From NCBI RefSeq assembly GCF_902713615.1, contig NC_052161.1, positions 69,027,424 through 69,091,423 on the forward strand: a stretch of DNA of 64,000 bases. Direction: 5' to 3'. Within the stretch, counting starts at the first letter, position 1. Every line of letters starts with the position of its first letter. This document shows, piece by piece, positions 47,762 to 60,219 of the stretch. A program made the translations under genes and the position numbers. A model generated the notes under the pieces. The model was not told the DNA's origin, searched no databases, and was given only the letters and a program-made list of their open reading frames with translations. This DNA comes from Scyliorhinus canicula (Eukaryota).

Positions 47762-48410
47762 CCAAAATGAGGAGAAATTACTTCACTCAAAAGCCTCTGA
47801 ATCTGTGGAATTCTGTACCCCCAGAGGGTTGTGAATGCTTCCTCGTTGAAGATATTTAAGGCTTGGACAGAGATTTTTGGTTTCTCAGGAAATCGAGGGA
47901 TATGGGGAGCAGGCAGGGAATTGGAGTTGAAGCCAAAGATCAGCCATGATCGTATGGAATGATGGAGCAGGCTCAATGGGCTGAATGGTCTCCTCCTCCT
48001 ATCTGTTATGTTCTTAAGATGGTCAGACTGATTTTCCATCTCCACTGCACCTTCCTGCTCTATCCCCTTATCCCATGATTCCCTTAGTATCCAAAAATCT
48101 ATCAATCTTTATCTGGAATACATTCAACGAGGATGCATCCACAGCTCTGAGATAGAACATTCCAAAGATTCACATATTTGTGAAGAAATTGCACAATTTG
48201 GTCCTAAATGGTTCCTATACTGAGACTTAATGACCCCTAGCTCTAGATTCCCCAGTTAGGGGGGAATGTTTCACCCAGCATCTGACCTGCCCCGAAGAAT
48301 TTTCTACTTTATAACGGGATCACCTATTGTTCTAAATTCCATGGAATATAGACACCATCTGCATAAAATCCACTCATAGGACAATGGCTTTGACCCAGGA
48401 ATCAGTGGAG
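47762..48410. mobile_element. Two CR1 3' fragments in tail-to-tail inverted orientation
   Basis: + strand copy at 47762-48015 (AATGAGGAGAAATTACTTCACTCA...TATGTTCTTA) and - strand copy at 48020-48410. Confidence 0.7.
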
Positions 48411-49681
48411 TGCAGTTTTATCGACATCACTATCGGAGCCCCAGGGTGGGGCGCCTAGTTTCTCTGAGATCGCATTCCAGGAGCGTAACATGATAGTGTC
48501 GTGGAAAGGACAGCAGCAGGTCTACCAAATCCAGAATGTTCTCCTAGATCAGCCACATCTACCTGTGGTTTCCTCAGATCCTAAATCTAATTGTTTTCCA
48601 CAACAGCATCTAATTACCTCTTGAGCATTCTCTGCCGAAGCCCTTACTGTGCGCAGACCAGCTTTCAAACTTGGGGCCTTTGAGGTCTCTGTTGCTAAGC
48701 GACACACAGCTAAATTTGTGGAGCTGTTGAAAAATAGGAAACCAATCATTCTGAAATTTATTGAAAAACGTTGTTGCTGTAACGATTCCAACAGACTTCA
48801 AGCTTTTCATGTTGTCTTAGATTAAAAAGGTCAGTAGCTTGAGGTTTTCCCCAACTCCTGCAATAGGTCTGATTCAGCCTTTAATATTCCAGCACAGCCA
48901 AGCTACCAAGGAAGGTCAGAGAAGGTAGTTCAAGAGTATAAGGCAGAAGCTCAGGTCAACTATCTCGATGCAATCAAAGATTATGCAACTTGTTCGCGGC
49001 AGTGCTCTGAGTTCCTTTTGATAGCAGACTGGGATCAAAGTAGGGAAATTATAGTGATTAACCCAGTCCTTCTATCTATCAGCGCAAAAGCACATGCAGT
49101 TATCTACTGCATTGTCGTCATAACTAAAGTGTAGGCCAAAAGAAAAACCATTTAATTGCCCAATAATCCTGCCAAAACATGAAGGTAGTAGCAAAGAATT
49201 AACCTTCCACTTTACTGTTTTTTTCATTATTTTTAATCGCTTTGCATTAAAACCTAATCACCATGTATTTATTTTTAGTTCAGCAGTTAAATGCTGATGT
49301 AAATACCTGCCGCCCCCAGTACGCCCACGGAACGGTTCAAATCCACAGATTCAAAATCATTTTTGCTAACAAAATGTCAGGCTTGTAAAGCTTGTCTTTG
49401 GGTCTAATCTGTGCTTCAACGCTCACTTTGTCATTATTAGAGAAGTTGAAATGACCTCCAATATAAGGAGGCCCCTTGATAATGAAGATGTCGACGAGGA
49501 TTTGAGAATTTGAGGAAAGGATGAGCCATTCTAATCAGGTCAAATACTGACCTATAAACCTTGCCTTGGTAGCAGGTAATACAATAGGAAATGACCTCTG
49601 GGGCAAACTTATAAGCCACCCGTACAGCAACAATATATGAGTAGGTTTATAATGATAGGACTGGGACACAGGGCTAGACAC

Positions 49682-49864
49682 GGGGCTGTTTAGCACACTG
49701 GGCTAACTCGCAGGCTTTGAAAGCAGACCAAGCAGGCCAGCAGCACGGTTCGATTCCCGTAACAGCCTCCCTAAACAGGCGCCGGAATGTGGCGACTAGG
49801 GGCTTTTCACAGTAACTTCATTGAAGTCTACTCGTGACAATAGCAATTTTCATTTTTCATTTCA
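49682..49864 (+). mobile_element. tRNA-derived SINE family B
   Basis: Reverse-complement match to 13732-13907, with a (TTTCA)n tail. Confidence 0.85.
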
Positions 49865-50339
49865 CTTGTCTCCCTCATCTAAACCCGAGTGAATGTGTTT
49901 GTCTTTATTTACAGTAAGGCCTCACTTAAAGTTGTTGTGTTCCTGAAATTGTGACTTTTAAGTGAAGTGATTTTTAAGTGAGTCACAGGTTCCTGTAGGA
50001 AGCAATGCTAAAGCCATGGGTTCCTTTGTTTTTTCTGGGCGGAAAATATCCAATGCGCAAATTGAAATACTGTACCTCACATGCGCAGCACTGTGCATTC
50101 CCAACTGAAATAACTTGCAATGTAAAATGCATCACTAAATTTGGAAGAAATCCTGTATAAATTGAAGGGAACATGTTTGCAGGACAATGCAGAAAGAGAG
50201 ACAATGAGCTTCTTTCTATGCTGTATAATTTGATGATTCTGTGATTAGAAGCTGAGGCGAGGTCCTAAGTCTGGTCCTCTGACTCTTTCCCTAAACACTA
50301 CAGAAAATGTCTGCCATATTTTTCTCATATTTGTCCCCC

Positions 50340-50630
50340 TCAGTTCACACTGTTGCCTCACAGTGCAAGGGATCCGGTTTAATTCCGATCTTGGGTGACT
50401 GTGTTGAGTTTTCAAGTTCTCCCCATGTCTGCATGGGTTTCTTCCGGGTGCTCCGGTTTCCTCCACAGTCCAAAGATGTGCAGGTTAGATGTATTAGCCA
50501 TGATCAATGCGCAGGGTTGCGTGGGGGGATGTAGGGCAGGGAGAGTGTGCCTGGTAGGGTGCTCTATCGGAGGGTCTGAGCAGACCCAATGGGTGAATGG
50601 CCTCCTTCATGCACTGTAGGGATTCTATGG
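50340..50630 (+). mobile_element. V-SINE (5'-eroded)
   Basis: V-core and CR1-type tail. Confidence 0.8.
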
Positions 50631-53489
50631 ATTCTCCTGCAATTCTGAGAACTAAATGCATTTTTAAAAACTTCATTTGGCATCCTTTCAGTCATGAAAT
50701 GCTGCTGTCACATCTTTTATCTCTGTTTAGTTGCCTCAATGATTTTCCTCCAAGGATTCTTCACCCTCTGGAGAAAATACACTTAATCCTGTGGCACAAT
50801 TGCCGACCAGGTCTGGCCTACATGAGACTCCAGATCCACAGCAATGTGCTTGATTCTTAAAAGTCCCCCTCCCCCAACCAGGGCAATTAGGTATGGACAA
50901 TAAATGCTAGCCCAGCCAGTGATGCCTGCTTCCCAGGAAGGAATAAAAACGTCACCTTCTGGTGGGTTACCAGTATTCTTTGTCCAAATACCACCGATTC
51001 ATGTCAGTAGGACTTCTATTCATGATTCGTATGCTGAACTGAGAGTCTCCCAAGCCAGTTCCTGAGGTTACAGACAAACCTCCCTACAGCAGTGTTCCAT
51101 CGCTCTGCCGATGGCCATGACGCCACACTACTCTGCGCCTACAGCATAAAAATGGAACTGGTGACCCAAATCAGAAAACCAGACTGTACAAAAAAAACAA
51201 CTTTAAATTAAAACCACGGTAAGCGGGGATTTAATGTATGGAAATGCTCATGTGTGTTTAACTGCACGCACACACATACACACATACACATCATTACTGG
51301 ATGTGTCAGCATATTAAGGGGCCCCTGCGTGTCTGGGTTCATGTGGAGTGATTTGTTTTCTGTAACTCTTCTCCAGAATGTGGCGTGTATGGACGTGGAG
51401 GCCTATGATTTATGGCAATTTCCTGACTAAAGATTGTTTGAGGAATATTTCATTAACTGCAACCTTTACCACAGGAAGCGCTCGCAGCAGAGAACATTGC
51501 CCCAACCCAGAGAGATTGACGAGGCATTTTCACTGTTAAAATGCCTTGTGCAGATGAGCAATAGTTTCATTAAATCAGCCCATTCTCCAGCAACAGAAGC
51601 ATCTGTGCAAGATGTTACTATGGTGATGTGCTGATCTCCTGGGAAGTGCCTGGGAAAATTCCTAGCTACCACCTCCAGAACATTCTGCTTGAAATGACAG
51701 CAGATATTGAATATAGGCAGCAGAGTTTAAATAAGGCATGGATGGTGGATACATGGTCCCTGTCATAAATGCTATAGCCACAGTAGACCAGTGTTTTCCA
51801 GTGCATTGGCATCAGGTCACCTGTGGGCAATTGGGAATCCAGATGTGGCGATTTACGTTACGGATTGGTAAATAAAAACCAAGAAACCAAATGAGCCTGT
51901 AATCACAATCCTCATTCGTGCAGCTTATGTAATTGTAGTGTTTGTGATTGTTGCAAATGTAGTCCGATAACAATTTTTTTTTTGTTGCTAGTACTTTACC
52001 AGATGCCTGTTCAGTGACAGTGACTATATACATGACACATATTTAACTCCATTGAGTGCAAGGTATTTTCTATTAAAATTACTGCATGTGGACAAAACAG
52101 TGTTGCCGTAGCAGCAAGATGTTACCTTGGCGATATGCCGGTCTCCTGGGGTCCATGGAAAAATTGGATTTGCAGTTCCTATTCAGCGATTTGTAATGGA
52201 CGAGGATGCACAAGATGCTCGGAACATCTGTGTCTTCCCCGTGCGCACCATTGCTATGTGGATAAGAGAGCGCTTCAATGCAACGTGGCTTGGCGAGCTT
52301 TATTCAATTGAATTGGTTTGACCTCGGCACCAAGATGGCCCCAAAACAGGGACGGGTTGGAAATTGGCAGTTGGAAGGTTTATCTGCCAAAGACATTTAG
52401 ATTTGATGAGCTATTCTTTTCCCGCATTTGTAAAATAAATTTGAAAATTGCTTTGGTATATTTTGACTGCAGTCTTTCATTTATACTTCCTATTGTCTGA
52501 AACTTATTGTCATCCCACTTTCAAATAATGAGCAGGCAATAGGGCCATAAACCATGTGATTTAACTGTGTACATTTGAGAACACTCTTGGTATTATATAA
52601 CATAAGACCTGATTTTCTGGCTCAAAGATGCTCATCTGTGCAGTTTGTCAAGGTCTGTTGTTGGGAAGTCTTTTGGGAATTATGGCACACTTCTGTGTCT
52701 TGGAGTTTGGAACTTTGACAAGTATTTTCCTAGCTTGAGTGTCAATATTGCCAGCGAAAATTTACACTATTCCGTGACTCTTCCCCAGCACCAAACTATA
52801 TTACCGCTTGCTTCTCATGAGCACTGTGATTTTCTGGTGTGGATCTTGGCACTATTCACAGAATCCCTTCCTCCCCTTACTCCCCTCAACCCAAAGATGT
52901 GCAGGGTAGGCGAATTGGCCATGCTGAATTGCCCCTTAAATGGAAAAAAATAATTCGGTACTCAAAATCTATTTTTTAAAACTCTGTTCAGTTAGGCTGT
53001 ACCTCATCGATAAGACAAAACTTGCTCCAGCTGAAGATTGGAGAGGCTGAAACCGTTGTTTCTAGCCTCCGCACGGTTGACTGTAATTTCCAGGTTTTCC
53101 CTCAGTCTGTGCCAGATGATCCATAAACCCAGGTAAGCCCCTAAATTCACATCATATCCCACCCATCACCAAGACCATCTCGACAGCAGCACCTGCCTCT
53201 GATCCTCCCATACTTTTATTGCGACTCCCTTAGCCGCACAGCCCAAGACTTTAATTTCAACAGCATCTTGCAGCATCATCTCCCTTCCCCATCCAACCAC
53301 AGAACTTCAACCCTGCTCGGCCATTTGACAAGTTTATATGGGCTGATCTGATTGTGGCCTCAACTCCGCTTTCCTGCCTGCCCTCCACCATTCCATAACC
53401 CTTGGAAAGGGAGGTGGGTGGCAAGGGAGGTTGTAAGCTCTTGGCACTAACTCCAGCCAGTTCACAACTCCCAACACCAAGGTACAAAA

Positions 53490-54062
53490 TCAAAATCCTC
53501 TGGAAGCTGTAAAAGTGACAGGAAAGCAGAACGCGCTCAAAATACTCAACAGGCCAGGCAGCATTTGCTGAGAGAGGACCAAAGTTAACATCCCAGGTCG
53601 TTGACCTGATGGAAAGTCACAAACCCAAGATGATAGTTCTGTTTATTTGACGCCCAAGATCCTGCACCAAATCCCATTCATCTGTTACCTGTCTGCACAG
53701 AACTTACCCTCAAACTGAATTTGGCCTCTTCAGTTTTGATTTCCAAATTGCTCCAAAGATGTGCGCACTGCTTTCCCTCCTCTCCACAAGATTTCTGGCT
53801 GAAATCCCAGCCACCTGGGATACAGCCACTGGTGTATTCTACCCTTTTCCACCGTTACTACCAGGCTTTCAGGCATATGATTTGTGTCTCGGAGGTTCAA
53901 TCCCCAAACACTTGCTGCCTTCAATTGCCTTATCTATGAACCTCCTCAAAAACTGGCACCTCTCTAACCTTAATTTTGTCAGCAGGTTTTCGACCTGAAA
54001 CCTGTTCCTCACTTCACTGATGCTGCCCAAACCACTGAGTTTTTCAGCAGTTTTTCTTTTTT
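53490..54062. mobile_element. Decayed Penelope-like pLTR fragments in inverted orientation
   Basis: AATACTCAACAGGCCAGGCAGCAT...GTTAACATCCCAGGTC at 53540-53600 and a complementary remnant GACCTGAAAC...GATGCTGCCC...CTGAGT at 53990-54050. Confidence 0.45.
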
Positions 54063-54629
54063 ACTTACCATAAGAACTAGGAGCAGGAGTCGGCAATCTG
54101 GCCCCACAAGCCTGTCCCACCATTCAATAAGATCATGGCTGATTGTTTTGTGGACTCAGCTCCACTTACCCACTAACTCGCCATAACCCTTAATTCCTTT
54201 ACTGTTCAAAAATCTATCTATCTTTGCCTTAAAAACATTTAACAAGGTAGCCTCAACTGCTTCACTGGGCAGGGAATTGCACAGATTTACAACCCTTTGG
54301 GTGAAGAAATTCCTCATCAACTCAGTCCTAAATCCACCCCACCCCCTCCCCCTTACAGCTTCAAAATAACCTCCCTGTTTTTAAACTCCATCCCTCTCGT
54401 AATGAAGGACAAAATTCCATTTGCCGCCTTAATTACCCGCTGCACCCGCAAACCAACTTTTTGCGATTCATGCACAAGGACACCCAGGTCCCTCTGCACA
54501 GCGGCATGCTGCAAATCTTTACCATTTAAATAATAATCCATTTATTTTTTATTCCAACCAAAATGGATGACCTCACATTTACCAACATTGTACTCCATCT
54601 GCCAGGCCCACTCACTTAAACTATCTATA

Positions 54630-54813
54630 TGAAATGAAATGAAAATCGCTTATTGTCACGAGTAGGCTTCAATGAAGTTACTGTGAAAAGCCCCTAGTCG
54701 CCACATTCCGGCGCCTGTCCGGGGAGGCTGGTACGGGAATTGAACCGTGCTGCTGGCCTGCCTTGGTCTGCTTTAAAAGCCAGCGATTTAGCCTTGTGAG
54801 CTAAACCAGCCCC
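54630..54813 (-). mobile_element. tRNA-derived SINE family B
   Basis: Near-identical to 13732-13907. Confidence 0.88.
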
Positions 54814-56324
54814 TGTGCAGGCTATCCCTCGGCAGGCTTTCAGTGTCCTCTTCACACTTTACCACTTATTTTAGTGTCATCCGCGAACTTTGACATATTA
54901 CACCTAGTCCTCAACTCCAAATCGTCTATGTAAATTGTAAATAATTGTGGTCCTAAAATTGATCCCTCAGGCACACCACCAGCCACTGATCGCCAACCAG
55001 CAAAACACTCATTTATCCCCACTCTTTGCTTTCTGTTAGTTAACCAATCCTTCATCCATGCTAATACATTACCGTAACACCGTGAACCCTTATCTTATGC
55101 AACAGCCTTTTATGCGGCACCTTGTCAAATGCCTTCTGGAAATCCAGATACACCACATCCACCAGTTCCGCATTGTTGACCTCGCTCATAATGTTCTCAA
55201 AGATATCCAATAAATTACTTAAACATGACCTGCCTTTCATGAACCCATGCTGCGTCTGCCCAATGGAACAATATCTATCCAGATGTCTCGCTATTTCTTT
55301 CTTAACAATAGATTCAAGCATTTTCTAACCAGCCTATAGTTACCTGCATTTTGTCTAGCTCCTTTATTGAATAGTGGTGTCACATTTGCTGATTTCCAAT
55401 CTGCCGGAACCACCCCGGAGTCCAGCGAATTTTGTTAAATTACCCCGAGCGCATTTGCTATTTCCCCCACAACCTCTTTTAGTACCCTGGGATGCATTCC
55501 ATCAGGGCCAGGAGACTTGTCTACCTTTAGCCACATTAGCTTGCCCAACACTGCCTCCTTTGCGATAATGATCGTTTCTAGGCCCTCACCTGCCATAGCC
55601 TCCTTGCCTTCAATTATTGGCATGTTATTTGTGTCTTCCACCACGAAGACCGACACAAAAGACCTGTTCAATGCCTCGGCCATTTCCTCATTTCCCATTA
55701 TTAAATCCCCCTTCTCATCCTCTAAAGGACCAATGTTTACCTTAGCTACTCTTTTTCGCTCTATATATTTGTAGAAGATTTTGCGATCTGTTTATTTCTG
55801 AGCTAGTTTACTCTCATAATTTGCTTTGCTTTTTATAGCTTTTATCGTGACTTTCGGTTGACCTTTAACGATTTCCCAATCCTCTAGTTTCCCACTAATC
55901 TTTGCCACTTTGTATGCATTTTCTTTCAATTTGATACCCTCTATTTCCTTGGATATCCATGGCTGATCATCACTTTTCCTACAGTCCTTCCTCCCAGTAC
56001 ATATTTTTGTTGAGCACTGAAAAATCACTTTAAAAGTTCTCCAGTGTTCCTCAATTGCCCCACCATAAAGTCTTTGCTCCCAGTCTACCTTAGCCAACTT
56101 CTCCCTCATTCCATTGTCGTCTCCTTTGTTTAAGCACAAGGCATTGGTGCTGGATTTTACCTTCTCACCCTCCATCTGTATTTTAAATTCAACAATACTG
56201 TGATCAACAATACTGTGATCAACAATACTGAGAGAATCCCTAACTATGAGATCATTAATTATTCCTATCTCATTACACAGGACCAGACCTAGGATAGCTT
56301 GCTTCCTCGTAGGTTCTATTACAT

Positions 56325-56733
56325 GCACTCACCTGATGAAGAAACTATGCTCTGAAAACTAGTGATTCCAAATCATTGAATTTACAGTGCAGAAGGAGGC
56401 CATTAGGCCCATCGAGTCTGCACCAGCCCTTACAAAGAGCACCCTAATGAAGCCCACTGAACATTTTTTTGGACACTAAGGGCAATTTAGCATGGCCAAC
56501 CCACCTAACCCGCACATCTTTGGACTGTGGGAGGAAACCGGAGCACCCGGAGGAAACCCACGCAGACACAGGGAGAACATGCAGACTCCGCACAGACTGA
56601 CCCAGCTGGGAAAGACCGTGACCCAGCCAGGAAGGACAGTGACCCAGCCAGGAATCCTGTAGGACGTTAACCTGGTGTTGTAAGACTTCTTACTGTGCCC
56701 ACCCCAGTCCAACGCCAGCATCTCCACATCACC
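56325..56733 (+). mobile_element. Second Penelope-like hammerhead-bearing element, split by a minus-strand V-SINE (~56375-56656)
   Basis: Both halves match 13049-13180. Flanking direct repeat ATTACAT at 56318-56324 and 56734-56740. Confidence 0.75.
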
Positions 56734-56914
56734 ATTACATACTATTCGAGGAAACTATTGCGGATGCATTCTATGAACTCCTCCTCAAGGCTGCCTTGAC
56801 CGACCTGGTTTGACCAATCGACCAATCAAGATTGCCGTACCATTTTGTGCAAGAGTTATTTCTTTGCTTATTGCCCGCCCGTCTGGGTTGTTATTCTTTG
56901 GTGGCCTATAGACT

Positions 56915-57130
56915 ACAGTAGCACAGTGGGGGCAGCACAGTAATTAGCACAGTTGCTTCACAGCTCCAGCGTCCAAGGTTCTAAATTGCCCATAGTGTTC
57001 AAAAAGGGTAAATGGGGCTACTGGTTTATGGTGAGAAAGGGTATAGGGTGTAGGTGTGGGGCTTAAGTGGGGTGCTCTTTCCACACTCGATGGGCCGAAT
57101 GGCATCCTTCTACATTGTAAATTCAATGAT
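56915..57130 (+). mobile_element. Internally deleted V-SINE
   Basis: The head is joined directly to TAAATTGCCC and the CR1-type tail. Confidence 0.7.
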
Positions 57131-58158
57131 ACTATGATACTCTATGATCAGTGACCTTTTCTCCTTACTATTTGTAAATGGAGTCAACCTTTTTCTCCAT
57201 TAAACCTATATCCTTTCTCACTATTGCCCTGACGTCATCCTTAAATATCAGAGCTACACCACCTCCCTTACCTTCCTGCCTGTCCTTCGAATAGTCTGAT
57301 ACCAGTGGATATTTAACTCCCAGTCGTGACCATCCTGCAACCATGTCTCTGTAATGACCTCTAAATCATACTCCTTCACAATGATTTGTGCCGTCAACTC
57401 ATTTTCCTTGTTTTGAATGCCACAGGTATTCAAGTAAAGTGCCCTTATGCTAGTTTTTTTTACCATTCTAAATCCTAAACCCCTCCATTAAATCATCTCC
57501 TAAATTCTACTTCACTTTAAATTTTTTCATAATTTTCCCTGTAGTTGAACCCCACATGCTAACCTGCTGATTGGCTTCTCTTTTACCATTAATCTTCCCG
57601 TAGTTTTACCCATCCCTTCCCCCCACTTGTTAGTTTAAAGTCCTTTTGACCACCCTACTTATCCTTTCAGCTAGACCCAGATCCGCTCCGGTGAAGACCG
57701 TTCAAACGGTGCAGATTCTTCCTGTTCCAATATTGAAAGCATGCCCCGCGAAAAGGAACCCCTCTTTCCCGAACCACTCCTTTAGCCATGTGTTTACTTC
57801 CCTAATTTTCTCATCCTAATTTGTATGTGGCTTTGTAGTAATCCAGAAATTATAACCCTTGAGGACCTGTTTTTTAATTTAGTTCCTAGTGCCTGATAAT
57901 CCCCCAACAGGTCCTCTTTCCTCGCCTTGCCTATGTTACCAAATCTACGTTGCGTACCCAACTACTCTAAACGCAACCAAAGCAGCATCCCCACACCCAC
58001 TGTTGTACTTGTGGCTATTGGCTACTCCACTCCCAGTCTCGCTTCCCTCATGGGCCCTAGGTTAGAGGCTTTCTTGGTTTTGTTGGCTTCCAACACTTCA
58101 GTTAAGACATTGGTGGTATGTTTCTCATGTTTGTTTTTTCCCTTTGTGGTTTGTACAG

Positions 58159-58238
58159 ATCCCCACATTAAAGTTGGCGGAAAAAAAGAAAACGTGAAGG
58201 AAGCGAAAGAAAAGATCATGGCTGTTCTCGACACGAAA
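58159..58238 (+). CDS. BICC1: BICC1 coding exon (probably equivalent to human exon 4), end of first KH(-like) region
   Basis: 80-bp exon, ttgtacAG|AT...GAAA|GTaagc. It encodes (D)PHIKVGGKKENVKEAKEKIMAVLDTK, matching recalled vertebrate BICC1 DPHIKVSGKKEDVKEAKEMIMSVLDTK. A polypyrimidine tract lies upstream. Confidence 0.93.
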
Positions 58239-58813
58239 GTAAGCACGCAATGCCACAATTCATGTGTGTCACCCACTAGTGATCTTTTCGTCTGCATAAT
58301 CATTCGATAGATCAGTGTAGTGAGATCAATAAGATACACTTCATAAATACATTGTCATGCAATTGCTGCCATTAGGGCGTCAATTATAAACCTTGCCCCA
58401 TGCTGTCTCTCATTTTATCTCTCTCTCTCTCTCTCCCCCATCAGCTTTTCTGATTGCTGCACATGATTCTCTGCCTATGTCCATCCCTGGTTATGCCTGT
58501 TTGTCCAGCACCTCTCTGAGGGCACTCAGTCCCCATGGACCTTAATCCAGCCTGGGAGCATATCATGGGGTCAGTGTCCTGTCAAACTAATTCTAGAAAG
58601 CACTGCCTTAATAGCCAGTAATTCCATTCCAGGGCTGTGCAATCCGATACCCCATTTTCCCTTTTGAACAATAAAGCACTGTTGAATCAAAAAGATTCTC
58701 ACAATTCTACTGCATTCTTTAATGAAAGGAATAAAGAAATTTGGTGACGTGACCAGGGTAGATGGAAAGGATCAACTTATGACAGTAGTGTTTCCTCTTG
58801 CACTTTGAATTAG

Positions 58814-58972
58814 AGTAACCGGGTGACGCTGAAGATGGACGTGTCACACACTGAACACTCCCACGTCATTGGCAAAGGAGGAAACAACATCAAAAAAGTA
58901 ATGGAGGAGACGGGCTGTCATATTCACTTCCCCGACTCCAACAGGAACAACCAGACAGAGAAGAGCAATCAG
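58814..58972 (+). CDS. BICC1: BICC1 coding exon (probably exon 5), KH domain with GxxG loop
   Basis: 159-bp exon, ttAG|AGT...CAG|GTaatc. It encodes SNRVTLKMDVSHTEHSHVIGKGGNNIKKVMEETGCHIHFPDSNRNNQTEKSNQ (KH signature VIGKGG) and is in frame with the preceding exon. Confidence 0.95.
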
Positions 58973-59327
58973 GTAATCTCCAAACTTCACACCTCATGGC
59001 TGTTGACACTATGTTGGGTCAGTTGTCCATTTGTTGACCTCTCCTGCATTCACCGCAATGCCAGGTTTCTCCCACAGCTCAGCCATCATCAGTTCGCCTA
59101 GCTTCCATTGAAGCCAATAAATAAAACCACAGTTGCTGTCTTCACCTTCTCTGGATCATTTGCACAGCCCAAATTGGTTTGTTGATGTTGGTTTTTCGCT
59201 TTCTGTTTTTAACTTCTTAAAAAATAAAGCACAGTGTTTTAGCAATGTGTTTGTCATAAGTAACTTGTGTTAGGAACCAAAGATAGTTTTAAGAGATTTA
59301 CATTAGTGTTGGTAAACATTAGAAAAA

Positions 59328-59640
59328 CAGGCTGGATTCTCCATTATTGGGACTATGTCCCCACGCCAGCATCAAAATGGTATAATTTTACTCCTGAAAA
59401 TCCTGGATTAAAAGGACACGAATTCCCAGCCCTGCAGGGGGCCAGCAGGGACGCGGAGTAAATCTCGCAGCTTTTGCTGCCGATACGGGCCCCCGCACTT
59501 CGGGTCAGAGACCGCGCATGGCGACGGCCTCCAGTGCCCGTGCCATGCTTCATGGTGGACTCGGACCGCGGATCCAGACCCAAGAAAGAGACCCCCGATC
59601 GTCCGCGCACCCGACCCTCAACCCCTGCACGAATATTCCC
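59328..59640. mobile_element. Truncated GC-rich MITE
   Basis: Starts GGCTGGATTCTCC, like the 12041 element, and has a CpG-rich body. Confidence 0.55.
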
Positions 59641-60219
59641 TGGCTGCCTATAATCAAGACAAAGAAATCCTAAAAGGGTTTTGTGTAAAACCTGCAGTAG
59701 ATTCGCTGATAAAAGTGGAGTAGAAGCTCTGTTCAAAAGAGCTCTTCGGAAAACGTGAAGTGGATTTCGGAATGCAACGTGCTAATGGAAAACTATTATG
59801 AGAAATGGTTTCAAAACATGTTTTTGGGAGTGGAATTTGGAAACTCTCATATGGCAATCTGGGGGGATTCTGAGGAAGAAATGCACAGACACTAACTTGG
59901 GGTGTGTGTTTGACTACAGCCAATTGGTGCACTTTAAAAAATACACTTTGCCTGTCAATTAGACCATTGTAGCTTCAAATGTGCTGTGTCATCCGTGTTA
60001 ACCTTAATTTGTGTAATTGTTAAGCTAAAGAGGGAGTAAAGGAGTACGCTATTATAATCTATTTTTTCATATTTAATAGTTTTTTTTCTTGTTGTTGAAA
60101 CTAATACATGGTCCTGTAAAAGTTACAATCTTTTGAGCCACGGTTCCATATCATCAACTGGGATTGTATATTCTTTACAATTATTGTAGGAAGTGGGAGA
60201 ATGTGCACTATTCTGCAGC

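Larger units (their letters stand above)
54069..57950 (-). mobile_element. Near-full-length decayed CR1 of a second family, with nested SINEs and a Penelope-like element
   Basis: ORF fragments cover RT (DFQKAFDKVPH, KFADD), EN (LYLNT, ITETW) and ORF1 esterase (GNIGK, VIISGLL, WFGKEG). Tail CATAAGAACTAGGAGCAGGAGT. Confidence 0.88.

Noticed and set aside
47600-49660. Unique-looking sequence around 47600-47760 and 48420-49660
   Set aside because: It may be an old unrecognised element or non-coding DNA. I found no termini, motifs or ORFs to support a call.
49682-49765. tRNA-like sequences with A/B boxes here and at many other sites
   Set aside because: They are SINE heads, always attached to repeat bodies and tails and lacking a clean cloverleaf, so they are not called tRNA genes.
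53021-53070. CCAG|CTGAAGATTGGAGAG (LKIGEAE) resembling BICC1 KLKIGAK
   Set aside because: Only four residues match. The flanking residues, exon length and donor position do not fit the missing exon.
57927-59101. ORF-track proteins of 127 aa and 92 aa taken as whole genes
   Set aside because: Only the segments between AG/GT splice sites match BICC1. The remainder is intronic read-through.
59650-60170. LTR-like remnant in the intron after the KH exon
   Set aside because: The composition resembles the LTR at 9360-9799, but I could not define TG...CA termini or a TSD.
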